Origin: Catajapyx aquilonaris
Lineage: Eukaryota
Direction: 5' to 3'
Assembly (NCBI GenBank): GCA_000934665.2
Contig: KZ538808.1
Coordinates: 1-47,128 of the forward strand
Length of the DNA: 47,128 nt
In this document: piece by piece, positions 26,601 to 38,061 of the stretch
Layout of the letters: each line of letters begins with the position of its first letter
Position numbering within the stretch: the first letter of the stretch is position 1
The notes under the pieces: model-generated
Database searches by the model: none
What the model was told of the DNA's origin: nothing
What the model saw: only the letters and a program-made list of their open reading frames with translations
Translations under genes and position numbers: made by a program

Positions 26601-29600
26601 AATACAAGCCGTAGAATGCTGCGTGACATAGTCGTCAAGCACTGGCTTTCCACGATCTGTATAATGCACATTGAGCCTTCAATGAAATTCACAGTCACAA
26701 CTGTCCAGCGCCATATCTGCAGGTCTAATGCAAGCTAGTCGACAGTGCTCAAACCCTGGAAAACACACTTGGCAGACCATAGCAATCGCTAATCCATAAA
26801 CATCGCCAAAACTTTGAATCGAATTATTGTAAATCGCAGTTTTGTGAATCACGAATCAACAGAAGTAAGTGACTGCTCGTCGCTGTATTACGTTTGTCAG
26901 CTGATACCACTCTTGCTGATACCACTCTTGCTGATACGTAACCTTTGGAGGGCAAAAGGTTGCAGTGGATCCCTGTGGTATTCACCTGCGTTTTTTAAAA
27001 ATTACAACAATCACGCGACCAGATTATGGAGCTTCGCAAGTAGTCTCACCCCGTATAAATGTAACGGAATAGATGTAGGCAGGGGCGAATCCAGAAATTT
27101 TTTCTGGGGGGGGGGGGNNNNNNNNNNNNNNNNNNNNNNNNNNNNNNNNNNNNNNNNNNNNNNNNNNNNNNNNNNNNNNNNNNNNNNNNNNNNNNNNNNN
27201 NNNNNNNNNNNNNNNNNNNNNNNNNNNNNNNNNNNNNNNNNNNNNNNNNNNNNNNNNNNNNNNNNNNNNNNNTTTTTTCCCTTTTTTCCGTTTTTTCGCC
27301 CTCTGTGGGAGCTCTGGGGGGTAGGGGCACGTGTTCCCGTGCCCCCCCCCCCTAAATCCGCCACTGGATGTAGGCAACAGCTTTCATTCTTGAAGTTGAT
27401 GACAAAGTGTCAATTTGCTATCCTTTGTAATCACGGGCCTTCTACGGCCCATGCCTTCATCATATAGTATATATACTATATGATGAAGGCATGGGCCGTA
27501 TACACATAGAAGCATCTCTGCGTACAATAATCACTGGCGAAGCTAACCAAAAGCAACCAACATGAACTCATGTATGTGGCACACTGCAGTAGCACTGATG
27601 CACATGCTGATAAACGACCAATGTGATAATGAAAGAGTCATTTCAAGGTCGGGCTTTTCTCATAGCCGGGTGAATCGCATGCTATTATAGAGCAGTGGAT
27701 ATAGAGGGTATAATACAGTCGAGAGAAGGAATTGAATTTTTTTGCTGCTCTTGATTAGGGTATAATAAGCGTTGTGCCTCACCGCCGCCTAACAAATATT
27801 TTTATTTCATCTTTTTATATGAGAAACTGAGGGGTCTCGCGGGCACATAGGTTATGAACCCCTGTGATAAGGCGATTCACCCTGCAGGGAAATTCCGTCT
27901 TGGTTCCACCGTCTCCTCAGTGGTCCCATTCCCATCTCCCCCACCTCCCCCTCCGTTCAAAAGCTTGAAAAGGATTGGCCGCCACAAGTTTAATCATTCA
28001 TCTTCCGTCTGCTGCATTCTAAAGCACCGGAATGGGCATTTAGGCTATTATAGATCATGTTAAATGAGGAGTGAGCAATCTATATAATTACCCTTCTATT
28101 TATACTATGGCTTCGTAGACGGTTTCTCATGTTCTTACCCATATTTTTGTACCATGCGATAGGCTACTCCGCAAATCGATGTCATTCCTTCTTTCTTAGC
28201 ACTTAAGAAATCCCGTTGTCACCCATAATCCGACACGAAATGGCTACTCAGTGACGCCAATAAATGAACCGCCTTAGTCAATCACTCCGAGAAAATCCCT
28301 CGTCAGGTGGCCATGGTGACGTGAAAAATTGGCTCCCCACGTTCACACCCGGATTTTTTCGGAAGTTACATGAAGGATCAATGATCCGTCGATCGGAGCT
28401 CATTGTACTCAACAATTTCGCACCTTTCTACTCACAGTTGGCCAATCGACTTCACACACGTCTGCAGTGTAAACAGTCATCGTTATGAGTTTCCGGGGAC
28501 TGTGTCACATGTTTACCCAGAGGATCCCAAACAAAGCTGTTGGAGACATCTACGTAATCCCTTTGATGCCACTGTTTCAGTATTGACTTTTTTTGAACAG
28601 AAAAATGCAATTTTAAAAACATATGGAACGTGCAATTGAATTGAGCACACTTATAATTTCAGGCCTAAGCATCAATGAAGCGTAGTTGGCCTAGCCCTAA
28701 GTGAATGTGGGGGATAAATAAAGCCCAATGTCACGACTGTGCGAAGCTGGGTTCTAATTCGGACCTACGTGATTTATTGGCGGGTGGACAGATTCTAAGT
28801 AGTTCTCACCTCATTTATTTGCTGTACCTCTCTTGATCCAAATGTACTAGTACGTGTCGGACTCAGGACTAACGTTACGACTCGATTTATGGATAGAAAA
28901 ACCAGATGTCATCCCTGTTTATACAGTAGAACTGTTCCACTTGAATACTGACTTTCAAATCATGTTTTGCTCGGAACTTTTTACTTGACTGGACTGAATT
29001 CTCTCAGGCTAGGCGTAAAATATCGAAGAGCAGAAAGTTATGCTCATCAATATTTTACGCCTGATGGCTTCACTTGATGTCAAAACAGAAGCAGAAAATA
29101 ATCCATGTTTGCCAGTGTCAAACTAACCTATAATTACTATCTTCACTCGAAGTCGTCTAGGGAAATATTTTTTTTATATCCCATTAAAAGTTTATAACTA
29201 CTATACTCACGTACAGTACAAACCAAACTGCAGGTAATCAGCATTTTAAGTGGCGATAGTGACGTTGTAAAGCTGATGCGTCTAACCTTTTCAAACCTCA
29301 TTTCACGAAGAATTCTAAACCCTCGTACACTATTGAAATCCCTCCTGAAATCCCATACAATCGTAGGTATTGAAAGAAATCAACCTAAATGGGCATCCCG
29401 ATCTTGAAAAGGCCATTCCTTATTATCGTGTGGAACTTGCTGGTCCCATGAGGACTCATGCGCTCTTTACTGAAGGTCACGGTATCTGCATTCAATGGCT
29501 ACAACTATGACCTTTGAGTTGTGTGACTACACTCGCCCCAAATGGCAACAGCTGACTTCAAGGCCCCATCTTTTCCACTCATGAACGACATGCTGTATAA

Positions 29601-31019
29601 GGAGGCCACTTCCAGCAGCGGATTAGCCAGGGTCTGAACATGTTAAGGGGCTGATAGGATAGCCCCTGCTGCTAACTCGATTGTGTTTCATAAAGGAACA
29701 GACAGCGACAATATCCGGTGGGATTTGGTTGCCTTCGTTCATTTCAGGGCGGAGAAGGTGCGGAATATTGTGAAGGTCACGTTACATGGACTGTCTGCCA
29801 AAATTTAAGTCGTCAAAGGGGTGTAGATGGGGTGTGTGGCTTGCAGTTCACGTGTAATTTTTGTAGGCATGTAGCCAGGGTCGTGCCAAAGTCGACCGAT
29901 TTGTCGATGTATGCATATTTGTGGAGGATCCAATAAGAGGGTGTGAGAGGAAGATTGAGAGAGCGGTTGGGAAATGACCTCAATTTCTGTGTGAATCTAA
30001 TCATTCATAGAATACAGTACCTAAGATGACACATGGAATGATTGATACCAACTAATTTTGATGTAAAAATACACAGAAGATATTGTCTTCTGTAGAAATT
30101 GAAAAAAACATCGCGTGCGTCACGATCAAATCAGTTGCATGTCGATACCAAAATACGTATAAATGTGGATATGAAAAATCTCAGGGTATAGATGCGATAG
30201 TACTTTATACGCGCACTAGGTCAAGAAAAAGCAATTTCTCCTGGTCTCATTATTGACTTATACCATTTCCTGTTGCTTCCAAGCCTACTTCCTGGCAGAT
30301 TAATTGCTGCCTTCAAGGCAATCTACTAATAGGGTCTAATACTGTCTATATAGGTCTACACTGTCTTCCTGATTAAAACCGATGCGAAATTTTTATCCGT
30401 CTCATCAAGATTATAGTGGTCTGCCGCAAAATATTGACTGCAAGTTAGTTCCAGCATACTGTCTTGCTGGAAGTAATGCTTTGAAAATTAATAATTATTG
30501 CCGTATAATAACGGTACAGATTTTCATTATGGAAGAACAGTGTACAATAACCAATTTATCACTATTTTCATTAAAAATAACAAGTTCTACTGCATACGCT
30601 ACAGGCCACCTTGTAGGCCTACATATGCAAATCACTTCAGTTTATGAGGTATATAATCACTCCACGAAGTACCTGCAACAATACTTTCATTACATTACCG
30701 TCCAGCGCTCAGCTATTCGCAACAGGCCTGAACATTAATCGATTGATAATAATTATAGTGATCAATTTTAATTGCATAACTGTAGCCTTTTTCCTAACTA
30801 TAGGATAGTCAATAACCCATAGAAACTGAACAGTTAATCATCGCTTCAGTAAACATGGCTTGAGATGTAAAATCCGGAAAAATTAGCAAGCTTATGCAAC
30901 ACGGATTATGCTAATGAAACGCGCAGAATTTTGCTATGTACAGTACAGGAACATCTGCAACAGTGGATAAAAACAGGAGCTACCCTGCATCCCGAATAAG
31001 GTATTCTGAGGATGTAGCG

Positions 31020-31062
<43 letters not shown>

Positions 31063-32400
31063 NNNNNNNNNNNNNNNNNNNNNNNNNNNNNNNNNNNNNN
31101 NNNNNNNNNNNNNNNNNNNNNNNNNNNNNNNNNNNNNNNNNNNNNNNNNNNNNNNNNNNNNNNNNNNNNNNNNNNNNNNNNNNNNNNNNNNNNNNNNNNN
31201 NNNNNNNNNNNNNNNNNNNNNNNNNNNNNNNNNNNNNNNNNNNNNNNNNNNNNNNNNNNNNNNNNNNNNGGGGGGGGGGGACTAACTCCCGGCAAATTGC
31301 CCAGGATTTTCCCGCCTGAATAACAAGAGGAATACAGCAATTTGTTAACTGCAGGTTTTGCAGTGGATTGGGACAGCAACAATTTGTTCTCTTAGTTGGG
31401 CCATTTTTAAATAGTATCCTTCAGCTTGCTTTTTGTAATTCAGCCCAGATAAGAAGGCCGCAGGTGTATTTCTTCATAGAGAGCAACGAACGAAAGGATC
31501 CTTTGTGGAGCCAAGAATGTAACCCGGACGGACGCAAAAGGACCTGTCTCAAAATGCCAACTACCGCATGATACATATCCGCGCTGTTATCCCCTTCACC
31601 TCGCCACCTGCCCCATTTATCTGCACCACTGCGTTACATCGCTTGGAATTTGCTTGTCTACGCCAACTGCATTTACTACATGTCTACTTCTATTATTCTG
31701 GCATGACTTAAATTTGGAGTTGAATTACGTAAGAGGCGGCCCGAAGCGACCGCACGCGTTCAGTTCGCTACGTCAACATCACGTGTCTGGTGGGTGAAAC
31801 GATCGGATATATAACTTGGTGTGGCTTCCTGAGCTGAAAAGGCGATCAGTTCTATTAACTCCGTTGGTGCAAAGCGCTTATTCATCTCTACGGCAAACAT
31901 TCATTTTCCGGGTCCCAAGCGACGTGGAGGCCACATAACTTTGGTGTAACCTTGACATCTGCTAGTTGGTTCGCCGCTCCTGCCGCCATTATAATATCAG
32001 ACGTGGAGGTGAGGCTATCAAAGTCGACTTTACGTGATTCGGAGCCATTTGTCTGACGGTGTTGTCGTTTGTGCCCTACCATTTTCTACCGCGCAATCAG
32101 TGACTTTGCCACCTTTTCAAGTAACAAAACGCTGGATTCGGCAGTGAAAAAAAATTATCAGCATGTTAATGAGGTATCGACCGTGCCTTGCATTGTATGT
32201 ATTTAGTCTAACGGAATCTGCATTGCAAACTGCATTTACGTAAAACTGTTGTTGCGATCAACAGGTGCAGGCCTATATGAAATGTGCGGAGGTTGTCAAG
32301 ACAAAAAGGAGAATGCAAAATTGGATTGTTGTGAACTTACCATGCTGTTGCTGTGTTCATTCTGCACCTCATCTGATTTGGTGGGCTTTCCATGCGACAT
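12751..32400 (-). CDS. Eip63F-1: Calcium-binding protein E63-1-like (calmodulin-like, 4 EF-hands); whole spliced coding span, 6 coding exons, about 175 aa
   Basis: Joined exons translate to MSHGKPTKSDEVQNEHSNSM-EAATGRHFSEGELK-DLRTAFVLLDQNRDGRVNASELQHMLHNLGIDIPDDLIQDLICQASQS-GNGLINEAEFLQWVAKIQALSQDSSDDVSKDLIAAFRVFDKDRNGFITK-DELRTAMEMIGESVTESELNELLAMADIDHDGRINYE-EFARLMI*. Exon lengths 60+43+144+146+112+23=528 nt with all intron phases compatible. Motifs DLRTAF, SGNGLINEAEFLQWV, DLIAAFRVFD and TAMEMIGE match Drosophila E63-1 as I recall it (no search run). Confidence 0.9.
14210..14321 (-). CDS. Eip63F-1: E63-1-like exon encoding EF-hand 4
   Basis: Acceptor cctttggcAG, donor AAG|GTGGGT; 112 nt; DELRTAMEMIGE...DIDHDGRINYE. 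Confidence 0.95.
15605..15750 (-). CDS. Eip63F-1: E63-1-like exon encoding EF-hand 2 end and EF-hand 3
   Basis: Acceptor tttctttggcAG, donor AAG|GTACTC; 146 nt; GNGLINEAEFLQWV...FRVFDKDRNGFITK. Confidence 0.95.
17055..17198 (-). CDS. Eip63F-1: E63-1-like exon encoding EF-hand 1 and the start of EF-hand 2
   Basis: Acceptor (C)nAG, donor CAG|GTTTGT; 144 nt, phase 1/1; canonical loop DQNRDGRVNASE. Not in the ORF track. Confidence 0.95.
17887..18212 (-). mobile_element. tRNA-derived SINE with V-domain-like core and (TTA)n tail
   Basis: A box TGGCCGAGTGG, B box GAGTTCGATCC, core TGGGTTTTCTCGGGGTTCTCCCGTTTCCTCACAC. 17 bp TSD ctactagcctttcaata at 17870-17886 and 18213-18229. The empty site is present in the duplicate near 5194-5210. 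Confidence 0.92.
20597..20665. repeat. (AAT)n microsatellite
   Basis: Uninterrupted AAT run of about 23 units. Confidence 0.95.
22433..22508. repeat. Short palindrome
   Basis: tgcatgccattttgctacctaatattacaag ... cttgtaatattaggttgcaaaatggcatgca. Confidence 0.85.
23565..23626. repeat. (AAT)n microsatellite
   Basis: Uninterrupted AAT run of about 20 units. Confidence 0.95.
24816..24858 (-). CDS. Eip63F-1: E63-1-like small coding exon (EAATGRHFSEGELK) with GC donor
   Basis: Acceptor gttgtcttccAG; 43 nt; ends AAA G|GCAAGT. FSEGELK-D corresponds to the FTExEIK-D helix preceding EF1 in E63-1/calmodulin. The phase-1 end joins AC of the next exon to make GAC. Confidence 0.85.
27080..27366. mobile_element. 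hAT-family MITE spanning an assembly gap
   Basis: Termini CAGGGGCGAATCCAG / CTAAATCCGCCACTG with exact 8 bp TSD gatgtagg (27072-27079, 27367-27374); internal G/C runs. Confidence 0.85.
27443..27500. repeat. Perfect 58 bp spacer-less palindrome
   Basis: tacggcccatgccttcatcatatagtata|tatactatatgatgaaggcatgggccgta is its own reverse complement. Confidence 0.95.
31063..31269. other. Assembly gap between poly-T and poly-G runs
   Basis: Run of N. The other longer gaps are at 27118-27272 and 41551-41566. Confidence 0.95.
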
Positions 32401-32437
32401 TTGCCGATGGCCCTCAGGCGTGGCCCTAAAGGAAGAT
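32341..32437 (-). CDS. Eip63F-1: E63-1-like candidate first coding exon (ATG at 32400, MSHGKPTKSDEVQNEHSNSM); 5' part probably UTR
   Basis: Strong acceptor ccatttttctctgcAG (AG at 32438-32439) and consensus donor ATG|GTAAGT. The phase-0 end fits the next exon. There is no homology support for the peptide, and the last ATG of the exon could be the real start. Confidence 0.6.
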
Positions 32438-35400
32438 CTGCAGAGAAAAATGGAACCAGGCATCGATCGTGTGTTTTTTACACCCACCTTTGCTCTCCTA
32501 TCGATTCCACCCTTCAATCATTGCATTCCACTCAGGTCTCTTTTTTTCTTTCTTAACTACTACAAATATTCAAGCAATTGCCCCCTTGGTATTTCCTCAG
32601 ACAGGGATTCAACCAGGACTGTATTTTGAAGAAAACAACTTTGTACGGAAAAAAAACTTGTAATAAGACCTAGAGGCGAACACACTCAAAATAATATCCG
32701 TCCCAAGTCAATAACATCGCAATAGTCAATAGTGTCCTGGTGATGCTTCCGCCTCCATTCGCCTTTCCGGAGTGGTGTTCAGTTCCAGTCAACAAAGTAA
32801 ACACTGGTATGCGGTCCGAAACAAATCAAAGATTTATCTTTGCAAATGTCCAATATTGAGTTTGTACCATTGTCAAACTAATCCAACATGCACTAATAAT
32901 GAATATTGCGCAGATTATCACTGCCTTGAAATGAACATGTGTGTCTACGATTGTGGTCTTAAAATTGCAGTATTATTGTTCCATGTTAACAACAAGGACG
33001 ATCCGACTGAGGCTTAACCATCAGGAATACTGTATATTTTATCATTATAATTGGTGTAACACTACAACGTACTATACACAATGTTAGATTATTCGCTACT
33101 TTTTATGTAAGTACAGTAAATGGTGTCTGCGTAGCACAATCTGGCTGCTTGCAAAATAACCTCGTGATCAAATGTTACTAAAATTTCTGGTACCATAGGA
33201 CAAGCATTTTGGCGCGAGTTTAGATTTGTTTAGAGGGTATAGTAAAAATGGGGAGGATGACAAAGAGGACGTCATTTTGTCACTTGGTTTGCGCAGAGTT
33301 TTGCGTAATAGTGGAGACGATTTTCAAAATACACGCCGGTTTAAATTAAGACTGCGGGAGTTTTATTGCTCCTCGAAATGGCTCAAGGTCCGCGTTGTGT
33401 CTACAGAAATACTCCTAACTATTTCCAAACGGAATTCTCAACTTACAAATAAAGAATACAGATTTATTACATATGATAAAACTTGTGCGTGGGATTGGGA
33501 AAGTTCCTAAAAAAATACTAGTTAAGTTTGAAAAATGCCCCCAGACATGCTCATCTATACTCTCCATAAGTTACGAGCACAATATTTACAGCCGTGTGTC
33601 GCGTATTTAGACAGTAATTAGCCATTACCTGCACTTTGCGTGTTTGGCAGACACATCATTTCGTTGAATTAATCATGCGCCTGAATGTGTGTGACAATTT
33701 CAATTTGAGGGCCGTTTTATACCGCATTTTGACAAATGACGACACAGCAGTATGCAGACTGTAATCTCGCATTATTACTAGTAATCTGCCAATGATCTAG
33801 ACGCAGTTACTTTTTCGTAGAACACGGTAATAGAGTCTTATTATTTTTATTAGAGCTCAATTGGCAGGCCTGCTCTTTGTAACTTGGTGTGCAACATGAT
33901 TCAAGTAGATTGCTCCACTTTTCGACAAGCAATTTGCTGTTACAGTGTCTACAAAATGAGATATATTATAAATTCGCATTTCAAAATAAACCTGAAAGAT
34001 CATGGGTTTTTTTTTCATGGTGCATCAGATCCAAGAGTGTCGTCTTACGCAATGTGATAACACAAGGTGGTTTGCCAGTTACGCAAGCATACACACGGAA
34101 TCAATAAAACTTTTGGGGACCGTCCCATTTACAAGTGTAAAACCATTCTTTTTGGCTTTCAACTTCACACTGTGCATTATACAGTATTTATAAACTCGCC
34201 TTGGTTTATCAGCTTACTTTTGAAACAAAATTTTGGAAAAGGCGCAATTGCATGTCCTTGAAACATTTGTAGTACAAACGCGACGAAAACATTTATTTCG
34301 GAGAAACGGTTTACCCCTGAACAGTATGTACAGGGTGGTCCAATGATTCCCTCGACTGTGATGTAACATTCATGCTGTCAGGTATTCTCATGTCAATATA
34401 CCAAAAGGATTAAGGAAAAAGGGCGAAAGTGTGATATTCTTTGGGAATGGCCTCCTATGGCCTCTGCAGCAAAACCACAACAGTTGCATGTAAAAAAAAA
34501 AAGCTAATTCAGTTTGAGTCTTCCGGAAACACCTGCAAACACTTGACAATAATTCTCTAATAAAATAGGCTGTGTACATTGACAAAATAGTTGGAAATAT
34601 TATACTTTAGTAGTTTTACAAAATCAATAATTTAATATTATCCCGAGCTGCACGCACTAATAATGACATTTACTAACAAAAGGGACAGTGGGCCACTCCC
34701 CCATTAATATCATGACCAGCGATAGCATCAGCGATTTTGTACATCACGCCAACACCGTGAAGCGATATGCATGACCTTTGTCTTTAAATCAAGCGATCCG
34801 AATTTGGACATTGCTGAACCTATTCATTGTCAGCACTGATGTGTGTGTAACTGTGCTGCGGAGATAATATTGACTTGTGAATTTCCCAGAATAATAGTTT
34901 TAGTAATTCCGCAGTCTTGCAATATATTCCGCAGGGAAGCGGGATCTGGCCCATCTGATGGAAGGGTTCACAGGCATTGCTCGCATACATAGTCATTTTA
35001 CAGGTTACAAAAATATTGCGGCGCAGAGCGTCGCTGATGCGTTTCATTTGTGGCTATACCGTATATCGTCGAGCTACGCCTGACCGGAGAGGCGCAGTTC
35101 CACTCAGATTTCAGATTCAATTGTCAATTGAATTTTCCGTCATAATTGAAATCAAAGCGCCGTGGACTGCCCCCTATTATGGCCTTTCATCCTGTTCATC
35201 GCTTTCGCAGAACACTGCGACAGATTCGGCACTAGTTGGTGACCTTGAACCAAATCGCTGGTTTTTCTCCTAATTAATATGAGCCGAATCTGTCCGAGTG
35301 TCATGAGCGTAGGTGGTGATCAGCTGGATGAAAGAAAATGCAAAGACTCAACCTTGCATCTTCGTTTTATATTGTAGGATATTTAATAGAATACTTGTAT

Positions 35401-37213
35401 TATTAATGTACTTTAACTGTGATTCGCCCCTAGGAACGCGCTATACAGACAGGTTGAGTGTATCTGGCACACTTGAGAACTTTCTGGTAAGTGTACCTGA
35501 CAAGTTAGAGCTTTGTACGGCGAAACCTGAGCACTTCTGATACGTGCACCTGCATTTCCAAAAGAGCAGCGCATTTGAAGAAAAAATGCGGTACCTGTAC
35601 CTTTCCTATTACCGGCACGCAAATTTACAGGATTATCTTGTACAGTACATTGCCTGTTAAAACCTTCTACAACAACATATGTTTTGCCAAAATTATATAC
35701 AGTATAATTATGCATAATAAGTCATATTTGGGGCCTAGTGACCATAATAAGCCCTGTATATACTGTACAGTAAAATGCATTATTTTGATTGTGTCGTAAA
35801 TCAACCTTGCGTACTATACGATTGTGGTTTTATCATTATTTTTTAAATAAATACATCCGGACTATACTGTATGTACTGTACCTGTTCGAACTAATTCTCT
35901 AACGGCAGTGAAAATGTGAGTTTTCTGCAAAAAAAATTATTCTATGATTTTTCCGAAATACACTGATTCTATACCTGACCGAAACGCATTTCTCACGTAA
36001 ATTCTCGCTACAAGTCACTGTCTCATGTGACACCTGCTCCAACCTGACATTTGAGTAACTTCACTTCAACCACTTTCTGGCCCAAGTTGTCTTGTCACCT
36101 CGCATGTTCGTCTCTCCGAACCAAAATCGACCTCAAAACGGATTGTTCAATTCATCCGAAAACACAGACCACATCCATTTTTCAAACCCAAGTTCTCGCC
36201 TAGAACCCAAACCGTGTCTTAATCATGGAGCAGCAAGCGAACCCAAAATCCTTTTAATCCAGGCCGATCCAGGCTGTGAGAGTAAATGGAGGGTGTGTGA
36301 TGGGGCCTTGGAGTAATAGATGTAGGAGCTTGCTGAATCTATCCGGGGGTTTGCGCACATCAAACGTGGCTTGCTGCTTTATACAAGTACCTATATATCG
36401 AGGCGTGTCTTGGCAAGCAAAGTAGAAACCCCCTCGGGCGACAAAAACTGAACAAATATGCACACCTATAAGTCCCTATAATCGCCTGGCTATCAGTTGT
36501 AGAAGTTTTTTTTCAGCATTTTCTCATAATCATTCCATACAAATTTGCTGTAATATTGTGCGGGGGTGCGGCAAGAATGCAATATTCGAAGGATGCCGAA
36601 GTTTCTACATGTGGAATAGTCCGGTCAGTATTTTATCGAATTCTTGGCAAAACCGGTGTTACAGAAAATATTGGAAAGAAATATTATTAAAGCACTCTGA
36701 TTAGTGTCAAAAAAATTTATTTGCCACTATATCAATTGGTAATGCAGCAATCACTGTTATTCACAAACCACATTTCCGTACAAAAAAGGCAACTAAGAAA
36801 GCTTAGCTAAAAACATGACACACATCCATGGTGTTATGCAATAATAAGTCAACCTATATGAGAACAGTTTAGAGAAAAAGGGCTTTGAAGGTCATAGGCC
36901 TACCTGTGAAATTAATTCAGTGTTCTTTTAGGTCATTTGTGGCAGAAGTATGCAGATTTCATGAGCGTGATTTTAACTGAATGAAGTACTATCTTTTGGG
37001 TGTATGTTCCTGTAGGCTTAACTCAATTTTGACATTTTTTGTGGGTTGACCATTATTGCATATTCAAATTCAAATTATAACCATTATAAACAACAACATT
37101 AGTGAGAAAAACACAACAAGGCAAATCCCAAACACCATCTAACCATATTACCCAGCCTATTACCTATCCGTACTTTCATCCGCATGTGATGTAAAACCTG
37201 TTGTTAATACTTA

Positions 37214-37340
37214 TGCCTGGTTGCACCAACAAAATTACCGGTCCGATAGCTCCTAATGGACAGATAGGTAGACCTTTTAACATGTGCTATCGGTCCGTTA
37301 GGAGATATCGGACCGGTAATTTTGTTGGTGCAACCAGGCA
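37214..37340. mobile_element. PIF/Harbinger (Tourist-like) MITE, 127 bp
   Basis: About 50 bp TIRs TGCCTGGTTGCACCAACAAAATTACCGGTCCGATA; TTA TSD at 37211-37213 and 37341-37343. Confidence 0.85.
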
Positions 37341-37988
37341 TTAGAATGGTGGAATATCGGCAAGCTTCCATTTTGAAAACCTCTGTAGTAAGTTAGGAAC
37401 CTTGGCAGTTAGCCACTTGTTTTTTGTGGCGCCAAATAGTCGCTTTCCAGTAAAAGCCGCTGAAAGAATTATTGTTGCGGTATTGTTTTTTACTACGCTG
37501 CGGATGAGTTTACAACTAAACCAACTAGTGATTCTCAAGAGGTGTTTGGAAAGGCACGTCCCATTCACCTGGTCATATATTCCCATCAAAAAATTGCCTC
37601 CTGGACATTACTGCAGGAAGGAAAACAATCAAGCCAGGACTATATTCCAACCCGGTTTTTTTCTTTCTTTTCGAAACTGAATTTTTCTGAAAAATCTTAC
37701 AGTAATTCGGATATCAATTTGAAAGACATCCCTAACTTGGGCTAGTGACCTCCACACAAAAAATCGATAGACTTGCTCACACGCCCTATGACGTTTCCGG
37801 GTCATGGAACGTGCATAACTGAAGAGCGACAAAATTGATGTGGGAAAGCACCAGCATTACCTCTAATGAGTTTTGTCAACCAACATTTGTCTGAGAATTT
37901 CATCTACCGAGAGGCTCACATTCACAAACTACCAAAAACATTTGACAAGTTTTGGAGAAAAAAGGGTGTGTTTTTTTATGCTCATGTT

Positions 37989-38061
37989 CGTCTCTGCTGG
38001 GAATCGAACCCAGGTTACACACTCTAAGTGAGGGTGTGTTCTACCACTAAACTACAGAGAC
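37989..38061 (-). tRNA. tRNA-like sequence / probable pseudo-tRNA with non-canonical anticodon loop
   Basis: GTCTCTG TA GTTT AGTGGTA GAAC A CACCC TCACTTA GAGTG TGTAAC CTGGG TTCGATT CCCAG CAGAGAC G. Perfect 7 bp acceptor and 5 bp T stems, A/B boxes, T6 run about 25 nt downstream. Anticodon stem has a C-A mismatch, and the loop lacks U33 and R37. Confidence 0.55.

Noticed and set aside
26814..27467. 217 aa and overlapping ORFs (likewise 30906-31382)
   Set aside because: Length is inflated by N-gaps.
29367..29503. Protein-looking plus-strand stretch VLKEINLNGHPDLEKAIPYYRVELAG... as a nested-gene exon
   Set aside because: Weak splice signals, no partner exons and no recognisable domain.
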